Assembly (NCBI GenBank): GCA_038849525.1
Contig: JAWCMS010000001.1
Location: 61,612 to 125,611 of the forward strand
Direction: 5' to 3'
DNA: 64,000 nt
Origin: Candidatus Pacearchaeota archaeon
GTDB taxonomy: Archaea; Nanobdellota; Nanobdellia; Pacearchaeales; JAHJTO01
The position numbers and the translations under genes were made by a program. Shown in pieces: positions 37,133-47,171 of the stretch (the stretch's first letter is position 1; each line of letters opens with the position of its first letter). Under the pieces are notes generated by a model that was not told the DNA's origin, did no database searches, and worked only from the letters and a program-made list of their open reading frames with translations.

Positions 37133-37552
37133 ATGAAAAAAGTGGATGATAAGGAAAATAAAAAAGAACAGAAAAAATCTTCTCCTAGAACATTTGTAAT
37201 TGCTCTTGCACTAATAAGCATTATAGGATTTATTGGGATTATTAGTGAAACTATGTTTAACTATAATATGAAAACTATTGTTGAGTCGTCATGGATAATT
37301 ATACTTGGCATAAGCATTCTAATTAAGACAAAATTATCAAGATTAAAATCTTTAAAAGAAGGTTTAAGTAGTACAAATTTTCCTTATTTGACTAATCTTA
37401 TAATTGGCTTAATAGCAGTTATATCAGGAATATTGAGCTCACCTTTTTTTAAAATAACTAATCCAGCATTCCATGCAATAAGAGGGATAATAAGTATAAT
37501 TGCAATAGCGGTTATAATAATCGAAACATGGATAGTCAAAAAAGAAGATTAG
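37133..37552 (+). CDS. Hypothetical four-TM membrane protein
   Basis: Four hydrophobic segments; no family motif recognised. Confidence 0.55.
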   Translation: MKKVDDKENKKEQKKSSPRTFVIALALISIIGFIGIISETMFNYNMKTIVESSWIIILGISILIKTKLSRLKSLKEGLSSTNFPYLTNLIIGLIAVISGILSSPFFKITNPAFHAIRGIISIIAIAVIIIETWIVKKED

Positions 37553-39030
37553 ACTAATAAAATTGGCTTTAGTCTTTGATAGACTTTTTTTGCAAAATTT
37601 AATTTTTCTTTTGTCTCCGCATAAATTATCATTAAATTCTGATTTTTTTCTATCTTGTCATTCAAATGAACATGTAAAAAAACTCCTGCGGCTTTGTCGG
37701 ATGGACAGCCTGCTGCCCTTGCTATTGCTGATATTTTTTTGTTATCAATCTCTTTAATTTTTCCACTTTTTTCTGCTTTTATTGCAAAAGATAATTTTGC
37801 TAGCTGAAGTTTTTTGTTTATGTCTTTTAGTGTTCCACCTTGAGCTTCTATTATATGCTTAAATTTTTGATAAGCCATTCCTGATTTTAATATCTCTGAT
37901 GCCATCTTTATTCCTTGCCCTTTTTTCGCTTTTCCAGACATCTCTAAAAGTAATGAAGAAAGATAGAGAGCCTTTTTTTCTAAATCTAACGGTCTTGATT
38001 TTTCTTGTTTTAATACTGAAAGAACATCTCTTGCCTCAAGAACAGGTCCTATGCCATTGCCTATAGGCTGGGAACCATCTGTTAAGACTGCTTTAATATT
38101 CAATTTAAGAATTTTTGCAATTTTTTGAAATCTTTCTTTTAGCCTAACTGCATCTGATTTTGTTTTTACTTTTGCTGAGTTTCCATAAGGAATATCAAGT
38201 AAAACACCTTTTGCTCTTACAGCAAGTTTTTTTGCTAGAATAGAAGCAATAAGTTGCGCTTCTGGATCGAGAGAAAGAATCCTTTCTACTTGTATTATTT
38301 TGTCGTCAGCTGGCGCAAGTTTTAAAGCACCTCCCCATACCATACATCCATTTGTTTTTTGAATTATTTTTTTAATTTCTTTTATATCAAACTCAACATT
38401 CGCAAAACACTCAATAACATCTGCTGTTCCAGCTGCAGAAGTTATAGCTCTACTAGAAGTTTTTGGAATAATAACGCCTGCTGAAGAACAAATTGAAACT
38501 ATTAAAGGAGTAGTACGATTGCCAGCTACTCCACCTATGCTGTGCTTATCATAAACAATATTATCTATCTCTAATTTTTTTCCAAATGAAACCATTGCTT
38601 TAGTCAAATCTGCAATTTCCTTATCAGACATACCGTGAATATAAACTCCTGAAATAAAATAGGCGAGTTCTGCTTCTGTCAAAGAATTATTTACTATGTC
38701 TGAGACTATAGAAAAAAGTTCATTACAACTTAATTTTTCTCCATTAAGCTTTTTTAATATATAGCAAATTGTTTTAGGTGGGGGAGCAATAGTAACTTCA
38801 ACCGCATGACCTTTGCTTATATTTAATGCATTTATTATTTCAGAAGAAAGGGCTATTTCATTTTCTTTTAAAATTCCATTTGCGATATCGACAACTGCAA
38901 TTATAGATTGTTTATTTTTTATTTTTATTCTTTCACCAACATAAACAGCAAGTTTTTTTGCTGTTTTCTCGTGCAATATTGCCACTGGTCTTCCAGTTGA
39001 AAGATTTAAAGATTTTACTCTAAGTAACAT
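37549..39030 (-). CDS. AMP phosphorylase (thymidine phosphorylase family)
   Basis: N-terminal double-psi domain; DKHSIGGVAGNRTT, PKTSSRAITSAAGTAD, QPIGNGIGPVLEA, AGCPSDKAAG. Confidence 0.93.
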   Translation of the reverse strand: MLLRVKSLNLSTGRPVAILHEKTAKKLAVYVGERIKIKNKQSIIAVVDIANGILKENEIALSSEIINALNISKGHAVEVTIAPPPKTICYILKKLNGEKLSCNELFSIVSDIVNNSLTEAELAYFISGVYIHGMSDKEIADLTKAMVSFGKKLEIDNIVYDKHSIGGVAGNRTTPLIVSICSSAGVIIPKTSSRAITSAAGTADVIECFANVEFDIKEIKKIIQKTNGCMVWGGALKLAPADDKIIQVERILSLDPEAQLIASILAKKLAVRAKGVLLDIPYGNSAKVKTKSDAVRLKERFQKIAKILKLNIKAVLTDGSQPIGNGIGPVLEARDVLSVLKQEKSRPLDLEKKALYLSSLLLEMSGKAKKGQGIKMASEILKSGMAYQKFKHIIEAQGGTLKDINKKLQLAKLSFAIKAEKSGKIKEIDNKKISAIARAAGCPSDKAAGVFLHVHLNDKIEKNQNLMIIYAETKEKLNFAKKVYQRLKPILLV

Positions 39031-39040
39031 TTTCTCTTTT

Positions 39041-40069
39041 TTAATCTTCTTTTTTAAGCATATCTTTTAAATGTCCTGTTCTGTAAATTTCTAAAAAGAT
39101 TATTAAATAATCTAAAATAATAGGGCCTACTATAAGTCCTATAAAACCAAAAAGACTGAATCCTCCTAGCATACCAATCAAAGAGATAGCATGTGTTTGT
39201 TTAGCTTTTCTTCCGACAAAATAAGGTCTTATGATATTATCTATATAGCTCACTATGATAAGACCAAATAAAATTAAGCCTATTCCTTCATTAATGTTAC
39301 CTTTTATTATTAAAGATATCCCTACAGGCAACCAAATTACCCACGGACCTATTGGAAGAATAGAAAGAAGAGTAGCCATTAGTGTAAGAAGAAATGCTCC
39401 TTCAACACCAAAAAGATAGAAGCCTATACCAGCACATATTCCTTGTATTATTCCAACAGTTATTGTTCCATAGATTACTCCTGAAGTTATCTCTGAAAAT
39501 CTATTAAAAAATTTATCTCTTGTTTCTTCCTTGAATGGCAATATGCTTTTTAAATAATCTATTATTAAATCCCCGTCTTTTATGAAATAAAACATCACAA
39601 AAAAGGTCACAATCAACTGAATTATAATGATTGGAAGATTGACAATTAAGCCTGAAATTGAATTTATGGTAAAAGATGTCAACTTTTCAAGCCCGGTATC
39701 TAAAAGAAATGAAATTTGTGTAGAAAATGTTGGATCTATGATTCTAACTAATATTGCTTTCAATGGGGCTATTATGTCTGTAGATTGCGTATATGAATAA
39801 AAGTCAAGAATTTGTCTTGCTGTTATTTGTAGAACAATGAGGGAAACTGCAACAAGAAGTATAAAAACAAGTATACTGACAATAAAGGCTGAAATAGTCT
39901 TGTTTTTTATCAATTTTTCAAGTTTCAAGTGCAATGGTCGGAAGATGTAAGACAAAACAAGAGCTGTAAGAATAGATGAAATAAAAGGCTTAACAATAAA
40001 AAAAGACACTATAAGTAAAATAATAAAAATGCTAAGAGTAACTATTTTTGGGATAGAGTTTTTTGGCAT
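39041..40069 (-). CDS. AI-2E family transporter
   Basis: LSYIFRPL, FYFIKDG, IDNIIRP, GGFSLFGFIGLIVGP. Confidence 0.92.
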   Translation of the reverse strand: MPKNSIPKIVTLSIFIILLIVSFFIVKPFISSILTALVLSYIFRPLHLKLEKLIKNKTISAFIVSILVFILLVAVSLIVLQITARQILDFYSYTQSTDIIAPLKAILVRIIDPTFSTQISFLLDTGLEKLTSFTINSISGLIVNLPIIIIQLIVTFFVMFYFIKDGDLIIDYLKSILPFKEETRDKFFNRFSEITSGVIYGTITVGIIQGICAGIGFYLFGVEGAFLLTLMATLLSILPIGPWVIWLPVGISLIIKGNINEGIGLILFGLIIVSYIDNIIRPYFVGRKAKQTHAISLIGMLGGFSLFGFIGLIVGPIILDYLIIFLEIYRTGHLKDMLKKED

Positions 40070-40153
40070 AAATTACGAAGGCAAAATTATTATATAAACC
40101 TTTTTAAATGATAATTAGGAAAAATTTAAAAGCGATTTAAAATAATAATTTAA

Positions 40154-40828
40154 ATGATTTACTTTATAAAAAAAATATTTCAAGATAAAATAGATGAAAC
40201 CGTACATTGGCGGTTTGTAAGATTTTCTAAAGGGATTTTTGAGAATAGAGCTATAATGAATGTTTCAAGAAATGGAAAAATAAAAATCTCAGGTACTTAT
40301 GATTTAGTTAACGACCTAGTGCTTTTTGTTGCTAAAATAGCAAATAATTTACAGGTTTCTGGAATACTTATGATGAGAAGCGAAATAAAAGACCTTCGAG
40401 GAACAAGAAAAAAAGGCCTCTTTGTTTATGAGCTCAATCAAAAAATTAATTTCGAGAAATTGAATGATATCTTTAAAAATGCATTTGCAATATTACTTGA
40501 CTGTAATGCAGAAGGAATTACATTAAAGACAAAAAAGAAATTACCAAAACCGAGCATAAAAGGGATTGATAAAATAGACGACAAATTTTTCACTATCCAA
40601 ATGGACATTAAATTTTGGCCAGCTGTAAAAGAAGAATTTTTGTTTGACCTTCCTGAAGGTAAGAAATATAGAATAATTAATAAATATGAAATAACTGATT
40701 TAATCCTACCACAGAACGAAAAAGATTCTGAAAAATTGAGACTGCTCACGAAAAGAAAAGGAAAGGTAGTGAGAAAATCAATTATTGATGGTAGAGAAAT
40801 AATTCATGAAAAGAGCTTTACCGCTTGA
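40154..40828 (+). CDS. Hypothetical soluble basic protein upstream of the S10 operon
   Basis: Intact 224-aa ORF; HWRFVRFSKG.F.NRA and RKGKVVRK..IDG motifs; function unknown. Confidence 0.55.
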   Translation: MIYFIKKIFQDKIDETVHWRFVRFSKGIFENRAIMNVSRNGKIKISGTYDLVNDLVLFVAKIANNLQVSGILMMRSEIKDLRGTRKKGLFVYELNQKINFEKLNDIFKNAFAILLDCNAEGITLKTKKKLPKPSIKGIDKIDDKFFTIQMDIKFWPAVKEEFLFDLPEGKKYRIINKYEITDLILPQNEKDSEKLRLLTKRKGKVVRKSIIDGREIIHEKSFTA

Positions 40829-40905
40829 CGCAAGATTTATAAACGAAATTTACGCAAGAAGTTTATAATTTGGGGATTCGGTAAAATGCTCCTATTTGAT
40901 GAGAG

Positions 40906-41832
40906 ATGGGAAAACTACATAGACCTAGATTTGGAAGCTTGCAATTTTGGCCAAGAAAAAGAGCTAAAAAAGAAATTCCTAGTGTAAACTGGAAACATTT
41001 GGAAAATGCACAAGCTAAAAACCGCCTTCTTGGATTTATAGGTTATAAAGCTGGAATGAAAAGTATTCTAGTAAAAGACAACACACCTCATTCTCTTACT
41101 AAAGGTAAGAACATAGTATTGCCAGTAACGATAGTTGAATGCCCCCCATTAAAAATATTTTCAATAAGATTATATAAAAATAAAAGAGTTGTTTCGGAGA
41201 TTTTAGCATCATCGATAGAAAAAGAAATTGGAAGAAAGCTAAAAATTCCAAAGAAAGCAAAAAATGAGGAAAAAGATTTTGATGATGTAAGACTAATTGT
41301 TTATTCTTTGGTAAAAAGAACCGGTATAAAAAAAACTCCCGACATTGCTGAAATAGGTTTGAAAGGTAATGCTCAAGAAAAATTTGAGTTTGCTAAAAGT
41401 TTATTGAATAAAGAAATGAATATAGAGGATTTTTTTGATAAAAATCAGCTTGTAGATATTCATGCTGTTACAAAAGGTAAAGGCTTTACAGGCCCTGTAA
41501 AAAGATTTGGTATTTCTCTAAAACCTCACAAAACTGAGAAAGGAGTAAGAAGACCAGGTTCATTAGGACCATGGCATCCGGCAAGGGTAAATTTTAGAGT
41601 GGCTATGGCCGGTCAATTTGGTTATTTTACAAGAGTAAAATATAATAATAAAATAATAAATTTTGGCAAAGAGCCGTTAGAATTCCCACATTATGGAAAG
41701 ATTAAAACAAGCTATGTTATGATAAAAGGCTCTGTTCATGGACCTACAAAAAGAGCTGTTATTTTGACAGCCCCATCAAGACCTACAAGACATGCAACAA
41801 AAGAAAATTATGAATTTGTGAGGATGTTATGA
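40906..41832 (+). CDS. rpl3: 50S ribosomal protein L3
   Basis: RPRFGSLQFWPRKRA, GYKAGM, TKGKGFTGPVKRFG. Confidence 0.98.
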   Translation: MGKLHRPRFGSLQFWPRKRAKKEIPSVNWKHLENAQAKNRLLGFIGYKAGMKSILVKDNTPHSLTKGKNIVLPVTIVECPPLKIFSIRLYKNKRVVSEILASSIEKEIGRKLKIPKKAKNEEKDFDDVRLIVYSLVKRTGIKKTPDIAEIGLKGNAQEKFEFAKSLLNKEMNIEDFFDKNQLVDIHAVTKGKGFTGPVKRFGISLKPHKTEKGVRRPGSLGPWHPARVNFRVAMAGQFGYFTRVKYNNKIINFGKEPLEFPHYGKIKTSYVMIKGSVHGPTKRAVILTAPSRPTRHATKENYEFVRML

Positions 41833-42488
41833 CAAAAAAAACAGAAATAATATCTATAGAAGGAGAAAAAAAAGGTATTATAGAGCTACCAAAAGCATTT
41901 GAAAGCGAGATAAGAATTGATTTAATTAAGAGAGCATATGAATCAGAACAATCACTTTTAAAACCATCATATGGTTCTTTTCCTTTAGCAGGAAAACTTA
42001 CAAGTGCACCTGGACAAGTTAAGCATGCAAGAGCAGGATACAAAGCGCACTATGGCTATGGAATTTCAAGAGTTCCGAGAAAAATACTTTCAAGAAGAGG
42101 TACAAGATTTTTTTGGGTAGGGGCATTCATCCCTGGAGCAAGAGGTGGAAGGGCAGCTCACCCTCCGAAAGCATATAAGAATTTTGAGAAAAGAATTAAT
42201 AAAAAAGAGAGAAAAAAGGCATTCTACTCTGCACTTTCAGCACCTAAAACTATAGTAATAGAAAAAAAATTTGAAGATTTAAAGAAAATAAAAGAAATTA
42301 AAAATGCACTTGAAAAAATAGTTCCCAAAGAAAAGAATATTTTAATAATAACCTCAAAAAAAATTAAATCTGGAGATGGAATTAAGATAGTGCCAGTAAA
42401 ACAAATTTCGATAAGTGATCTTGCACCTAATGCAATTCCAAGAAAAATTGTTTTATGGACTGAAAATGCAATAAAGGAAATAAAATGA
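41829..42488 (+). CDS. rpl4: 50S ribosomal protein L4
   Basis: GISRVPR, PGARGGRAAHPPK. Confidence 0.96.
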   Translation: MTKKTEIISIEGEKKGIIELPKAFESEIRIDLIKRAYESEQSLLKPSYGSFPLAGKLTSAPGQVKHARAGYKAHYGYGISRVPRKILSRRGTRFFWVGAFIPGARGGRAAHPPKAYKNFEKRINKKERKKAFYSALSAPKTIVIEKKFEDLKKIKEIKNALEKIVPKEKNILIITSKKIKSGDGIKIVPVKQISISDLAPNAIPRKIVLWTENAIKEIK

Positions 42489-42730
42489 TATTAATAAAAC
42501 CATTGATAACTGAAAAAACAGCAAAAATGATAGAATTAGAAAATAAATTAACTTTTATTGTAGCGAGAAAATCAACAAAAGAAGAAATTAAAAAAGAATT
42601 TGAATCTATTTTCGATACTCAAGTAAGAACAATTAATACTCAGATAAGAAAAAACCAAAAGATAGCCTTCATAAAGCTAAAGGCTGAAAATGCTGCTGTG
42701 AATATTGCAACAAAATTAGGAGTAATGTAA
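42485..42730 (+). CDS. rpl23: 50S ribosomal protein L23
   Basis: PLITEK, NKLTFIV, KIAFIKL. Confidence 0.96.
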   Translation: MILIKPLITEKTAKMIELENKLTFIVARKSTKEEIKKEFESIFDTQVRTINTQIRKNQKIAFIKLKAENAAVNIATKLGVM

Positions 42731-42731
42731 A

Positions 42732-43433
42732 ATGGGTAAAAGAATAATTCAACAAAGGCGTGGAAAAGGAAGCCCTACATACAGAGTTAAAGAAAGAGCT
42801 TATACAATAAAAACATCTTATCCAAAAATAGAAGGAAAAGGTACTATATTGAAGTTAATAAATTCTAGCGGTTATACTGCTCCTTTTGCTTTAATAAAAG
42901 TTAATGATAAAACATTTTTTAATATTGCTACTGAAAATCTTTCTGAAGGTGATGAAATAGAAATTGGTGAGAAAGCAAAGATAAAAAATGGAAATATTCT
43001 CCCACTTAAAAACATACCAGAAGGAACAGACATATGTAATATAGAGACAAATGCATTTGGAGGAGGGAAAATGGTCAGGACAAGTGGCTCTTCAGCAAAG
43101 GTAGTTAAAAAAATAGGAAAAGAAGTTGCTATTCTACTTCCTTCAAAAAAAGAAATGGTTTTATCTGGAGAGTCTAGAGCTACAATAGGAAAAGTTGCTG
43201 GTGGAGGAAGAACAGAAAAACCTATTGTAAAAGCTGGAAAAAAATTCTTTTATTTAAAAGCAAGAGGTAAACATTATCCTAGAACATCACCTATAAAAAG
43301 AAATGCGGTTAATCATCCATTTGGCGGGGGAAGAGGAAAGAATATGGGAAAATCAAGCATAGTACCAAGATGGGCTCCTCCTGGCAGAAAGGTTGGATTA
43401 TTAAGACCAAGAAAAACAGGGAGAGGAAGATAA
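42732..43433 (+). CDS. rpl2: 50S ribosomal protein L2
   Basis: MGKRIIQQRRGKG, HPFGGG, PPGRKVG. Confidence 0.98.
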   Translation: MGKRIIQQRRGKGSPTYRVKERAYTIKTSYPKIEGKGTILKLINSSGYTAPFALIKVNDKTFFNIATENLSEGDEIEIGEKAKIKNGNILPLKNIPEGTDICNIETNAFGGGKMVRTSGSSAKVVKKIGKEVAILLPSKKEMVLSGESRATIGKVAGGGRTEKPIVKAGKKFFYLKARGKHYPRTSPIKRNAVNHPFGGGRGKNMGKSSIVPRWAPPGRKVGLLRPRKTGRGR

Positions 43434-43434
43434 A

Positions 43435-43821
43435 ATGGTAAAAGAATTTTTATATCGGGGAAAAAGTTTAAGCGATTTAAAAAAACTTGACGTTCGAGAA
43501 TTTGCAAAGTTTTTACCTTCAAGAAAAAGAAGAAGCGTTCTTAGGCAGTCAGAAAAAATAGAAGCATTTATAAAAAATTGCAAAAAGAAAATTGAAAAAA
43601 ACAAGAAAATTAGAACACATTTAAGAAATATTATAATAGTGCCACAATTAGTTGGTTTAACTATCAATGTTCATAATGGTAAGGAGTTTATTCCTGTTGT
43701 AATAACTCCTGAAATGCTTGGTCATTATATTGGAGAATTTGCATTGACAAGAAAAAAAGTGGAGCATAGTGCACCTGGAATTGGAGCAACAAGATCAAGC
43801 GCAGCATTATCAGTAAAATAA
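43435..43821 (+). CDS. rps19: 30S ribosomal protein S19
   Basis: IRTHLRN, HNGKEF, GHYIGEFALTRK, PGIGATRSS. Confidence 0.98.
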   Translation: MVKEFLYRGKSLSDLKKLDVREFAKFLPSRKRRSVLRQSEKIEAFIKNCKKKIEKNKKIRTHLRNIIIVPQLVGLTINVHNGKEFIPVVITPEMLGHYIGEFALTRKKVEHSAPGIGATRSSAALSVK

Positions 43822-43822
43822 A

Positions 43823-44245
43823 ATGGCAGAAAATAAAACAGAAAAAAATGAAAAAACCATAGATTCAAAAGAAGCTATAGCAAGAGGAAGAAATATAAGA
43901 ATATCTACAAAACATGCTATAGCTATCTGCAATTTCATAAAAGGAAAGAAAATAATGGATGCGATAGAAGAACTTGAAAAAGTAATCAAAATGAAAATGG
44001 CAATACCTATGAAAGGAGAAATACCACATAGAAAAGAAGGCTTTCAAGGGAGGTACCCGGTAAAAGCTGCAAAAGTTTTTATCAAACTACTAAAAAGTTT
44101 GAAAGCAAATGCAGACGCTAAAGGTATTGATTTAGAAAATGCAAAAATTTTTGCAAAGGCAGACAAGGCGTCTAGACCGCAAAGACCTGGAAAATATATT
44201 GGGAGGAGATTTAAAGGAACACACTTATTTGTTTCAATAAAATGA
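43823..44245 (+). CDS. rpl22: 50S ribosomal protein L22
   Basis: ISTKHAIAICNFIKG, GRYPVKAA. Confidence 0.96.
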   Translation: MAENKTEKNEKTIDSKEAIARGRNIRISTKHAIAICNFIKGKKIMDAIEELEKVIKMKMAIPMKGEIPHRKEGFQGRYPVKAAKVFIKLLKSLKANADAKGIDLENAKIFAKADKASRPQRPGKYIGRRFKGTHLFVSIK

Positions 44246-44829
44246 TAGAAAAAAAAGTTATCAAAGCAAAAAAAGATGAATTTGCTATAAAGGAATTTGT
44301 CAAAGAAGAAATAGGAAAAGGAAAAATAAGCTCTATCAAAATAGAAAGAATGCCTATAGGAGAAAAAATAATTATCAAAACAAGTAAACCTGGATTAGTA
44401 ATAGGAAAAAGAGGTGAAAGTATACAAGATTTGACAAATATTTTGAAAAAAAAATTTAATTTAGAAAATCCAAAACTCGAAATAACTGAAATAGAAAGGC
44501 CTGAATTTGATGCGCAAAGTGTTGCAGATGAAATTGCTTTAGCACTTGAAAGATTTGGCTCGAACTCATTTAAGATTATTGCATATAAAGTTATGGAAAA
44601 GATAAAAAAAGCTGGAGCACTTGGATGTGAGATAATACTTAGTGGGAAATTACCTAGCGAAAAAGCAAGAACATGGTGCTTCTCTTTTGGATATTTAATG
44701 AGATCTGGAGAAAGCGCTAAGCTTGTAGACAGAGCAAGGGCAGTTGCTCAAACTAAACCTGGAGTAATTGGTATAAAAGTCTCTATACTCCCACCAAATG
44801 TAAAAATTCCAGATAAGATTGAGGTTTAA
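44242..44829 (+). CDS. rps3: 30S ribosomal protein S3
   Basis: KH motif KPGLVIGKRG, GALGCEIILSGK, GVIGIKV. Confidence 0.97.
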   Translation: MIEKKVIKAKKDEFAIKEFVKEEIGKGKISSIKIERMPIGEKIIIKTSKPGLVIGKRGESIQDLTNILKKKFNLENPKLEITEIERPEFDAQSVADEIALALERFGSNSFKIIAYKVMEKIKKAGALGCEIILSGKLPSEKARTWCFSFGYLMRSGESAKLVDRARAVAQTKPGVIGIKVSILPPNVKIPDKIEV

Positions 44830-44830
44830 A

Positions 44831-45028
44831 ATGGCTATATTGAAAAATAAAGAAATTAAAGGAATGACTGATGAAGAATTAAATAAAAAATTAAAAGATT
44901 TAAGACTTGAATTAATAAAGAATAGTTCATTAAAAGCACAAGGTACATCTTTAAAGACAAAAGAGATTAAAAGAGCCATCGCGAGAATACTCACCCATAT
45001 TAATCAAAAAACAATTAATAAGAAATAA
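44831..45028 (+). CDS. rpl29: 50S ribosomal protein L29
   Basis: EIKGMTDEEL..LRLEL, IKRAIARILT; ATG 44831. Confidence 0.95.
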   Translation: MAILKNKEIKGMTDEELNKKLKDLRLELIKNSSLKAQGTSLKTKEIKRAIARILTHINQKTINKK

Positions 45029-45035
45029 AAAACAA

Positions 45036-45335
45036 ATGGAGATTTGCCCAAAATGCGGACTACCAAAAGAAGCCTGTGTATGCGAGACGATAGCAAAAAC
45101 AAAGCAGAAAATAAAAATTAAGCAAGTAAAGAAAAAATATGGGAAAATAGCTACAGTGATAAGCGGGATTGACATAAGAGATATAGATATAAAGAAGTTA
45201 GCTAAAGACTTAAAATCTGAACTCGCTTGTGGTGGAACAATAAAAAATGATGAAATAGAACTTCAAGGAGACCATGTGAAAAAAGTCAAAGAAAAATTAA
45301 TTTCACTTGGCTTTTCTGAAGAGGCTATAGAATAA
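45036..45335 (+). CDS. Translation initiation factor aIF-1 (SUI1)
   Basis: CPKCGLP..CVCE, LKSELACGGT, IELQGDH. Confidence 0.96.
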   Translation: MEICPKCGLPKEACVCETIAKTKQKIKIKQVKKKYGKIATVISGIDIRDIDIKKLAKDLKSELACGGTIKNDEIELQGDHVKKVKEKLISLGFSEEAIE

Positions 45336-45373
45336 AATATTGGTAAAAACGCAAAAAGCTTGAAAGGTTAAAA

Positions 45374-45697
45374 ATGAAAGAAGAAAAAATAAATAAAGTA
45401 GAATGTGAAAGAAAATGCCCTATACATGGTGAATTAAGCGTTAGAGGAAGGTATTTTAAGGGGGCTGTGAAAAAAATAGTAAATGGACAGAGGGCTGTTG
45501 TAGAATGGCAGCGAATCGTATATTATCCAAAATTTGAAAGATATGCAAAAACCAGGTCTAAAGTACATGCACACATTCCTAAATGCCTTAGAAATGGAAT
45601 AAAGGAAGGAGATTATGTTAAGATAGGGGAGTGTAGACCTCTAAGCAAGATAATTCATTTTGTTGTGCTGTCAAAAGAATCTATAAAAAATAATTAA
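45374..45697 (+). CDS. rps17: 30S ribosomal protein S17
   Basis: KCPIHGELSVRGR, PKFERY, GECRPLSK. Confidence 0.97.
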   Translation: MKEEKINKVECERKCPIHGELSVRGRYFKGAVKKIVNGQRAVVEWQRIVYYPKFERYAKTRSKVHAHIPKCLRNGIKEGDYVKIGECRPLSKIIHFVVLSKESIKNN

Positions 45698-45737
45698 AAT
45701 AATTTTCAAAAAAACTTGAAAATTTGAAGTTTTTAAT

Positions 45738-46139
45738 ATGAAAGCAATAACAGCAAAAAGAACAAAAGCACTGAATATCGGCACTTTATTGAATGTAGCT
45801 GATAATAGCGGAGCAAAGATTGCAAAGTTAGTAGCTATTAAGCATGGAAAAGGAGTAAAAGGAAGACAAATGGCGGCTGGAATTGCTGATCATGTAAAGG
45901 TAAGTATAAGGAAAGGAATTCCTGAAATGAAAAAACAAATATTTGATGCAGTTATTGTAAGACAAAAAAAAGAATGGAGAAGGTTAACGGGAGAAAGAAT
46001 CTCTTTTGCTGATAATGCCGTTGTAATATTAAAAGACGAAAAAGGAGATCCAAAAGGAACACAGATTAAGGGACCTATAGCAAGGGAAGTATTAGAACGG
46101 TGGCCTTCTGTGGCAAAATTGGCAAATATTATCGTATAA
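45738..46139 (+). CDS. rpl14: 50S ribosomal protein L14
   Basis: VADNSGAK, AVIVRQKK, FADNAVVI, GPIARE. Confidence 0.98.
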   Translation: MKAITAKRTKALNIGTLLNVADNSGAKIAKLVAIKHGKGVKGRQMAAGIADHVKVSIRKGIPEMKKQIFDAVIVRQKKEWRRLTGERISFADNAVVILKDEKGDPKGTQIKGPIAREVLERWPSVAKLANIIV

Positions 46140-46140
46140 A

Positions 46141-46530
46141 ATGAAAGAAAAAATATCTAGATATAAATCAAGCGTTCAAGCAAGAAAACAAAGAAAATTT
46201 AGAGCGTTAGCACCGCTTCATTTAAGGAGAAAGATGATGTCTGCAAACTTAAGCAAAGAACTAAGAAAAAAATATTTGAAAAGGAGTATTCCTTTGATTA
46301 AAGGCGATAGTGTGAGAATAATGAGAGGGGAGTTTAAAAACAAAAAAGGAAAAGTCTTAAATGTAAACAAAAAAAAGTTAAAAGTCTATATTGAAGGAAT
46401 ACAAAGAAGCAAAAAAGATGGAACAAAAATAAATGTCCCTTTTGATCCTTCAAATTTACAGATTATAGAACTAAATCTTGAAGATAAAAAAAGAATACAA
46501 GCACTTGAAAGAAAAGGAGTCAGAAAATGA
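46141..46530 (+). CDS. rpl24: 50S ribosomal protein L24
   Basis: RKQRK..APLH, KGDSVRIMRG, DPSNL. Confidence 0.97.
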   Translation: MKEKISRYKSSVQARKQRKFRALAPLHLRRKMMSANLSKELRKKYLKRSIPLIKGDSVRIMRGEFKNKKGKVLNVNKKKLKVYIEGIQRSKKDGTKINVPFDPSNLQIIELNLEDKKRIQALERKGVRK

Positions 46531-47171
46531 GTCATATAAAAAGAAAAGCTATGGAAAAAAGCTGGCCATTACCTAGAAAAGGTACCAAATACCTGCTAAA
46601 ACCTTATCCTGGAAAGAAAAAAGAAATGTCAATTCCACTTGGGTTAATAATTAGAGATGTTCTAAAAATAGCAAATACAAGAAAAGAAGTAAAAGCATTA
46701 CTCCACAATAATGAGGTTAAAATAAATGGAAAAATAGTAACAGAAGAAAAATTTCCACTAAGCATTTTTGATATTTTAAGTTTAGAAAAACTTGGAAAAC
46801 ATTTTAGAGTTATTTTTAATAAAAATGGAAAAATTATGATGGAAGAAATCAGTGAAAAAGAGGCTAATCTAAAAATATGTAAAGTCACAGGTAAAAAAAT
46901 ACTAAAAGGAGGAATTCAGCAAATAAATTGCCTTGATGGCAGAAATTTTATTTATAAAGATAAAGTAAAAATAAATGACAGTATAGTTGTAGATTTAAAA
47001 GAAAATAAAATAATAAAAATATTACCATTAAAACAAGGTGCGGATGTTTTTATTATAGGTGGGAAGCATATTGGTGAGAAAGGAAAAATTTCTGAAATTG
47101 ACGAAAAAATAAAAACTATCATTGATGGCAAAAGTTTTGAGATTCAAGCAAAAAATATTTATGTAATATGA
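46527..47171 (+). CDS. rps4e: 30S ribosomal protein S4e
   Basis: HIKR..SWPLPRK, PLGLIIRD, LDGRN, IIGGKHIG. Confidence 0.96.
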   Translation: MSHIKRKAMEKSWPLPRKGTKYLLKPYPGKKKEMSIPLGLIIRDVLKIANTRKEVKALLHNNEVKINGKIVTEEKFPLSIFDILSLEKLGKHFRVIFNKNGKIMMEEISEKEANLKICKVTGKKILKGGIQQINCLDGRNFIYKDKVKINDSIVVDLKENKIIKILPLKQGADVFIIGGKHIGEKGKISEIDEKIKTIIDGKSFEIQAKNIYVI

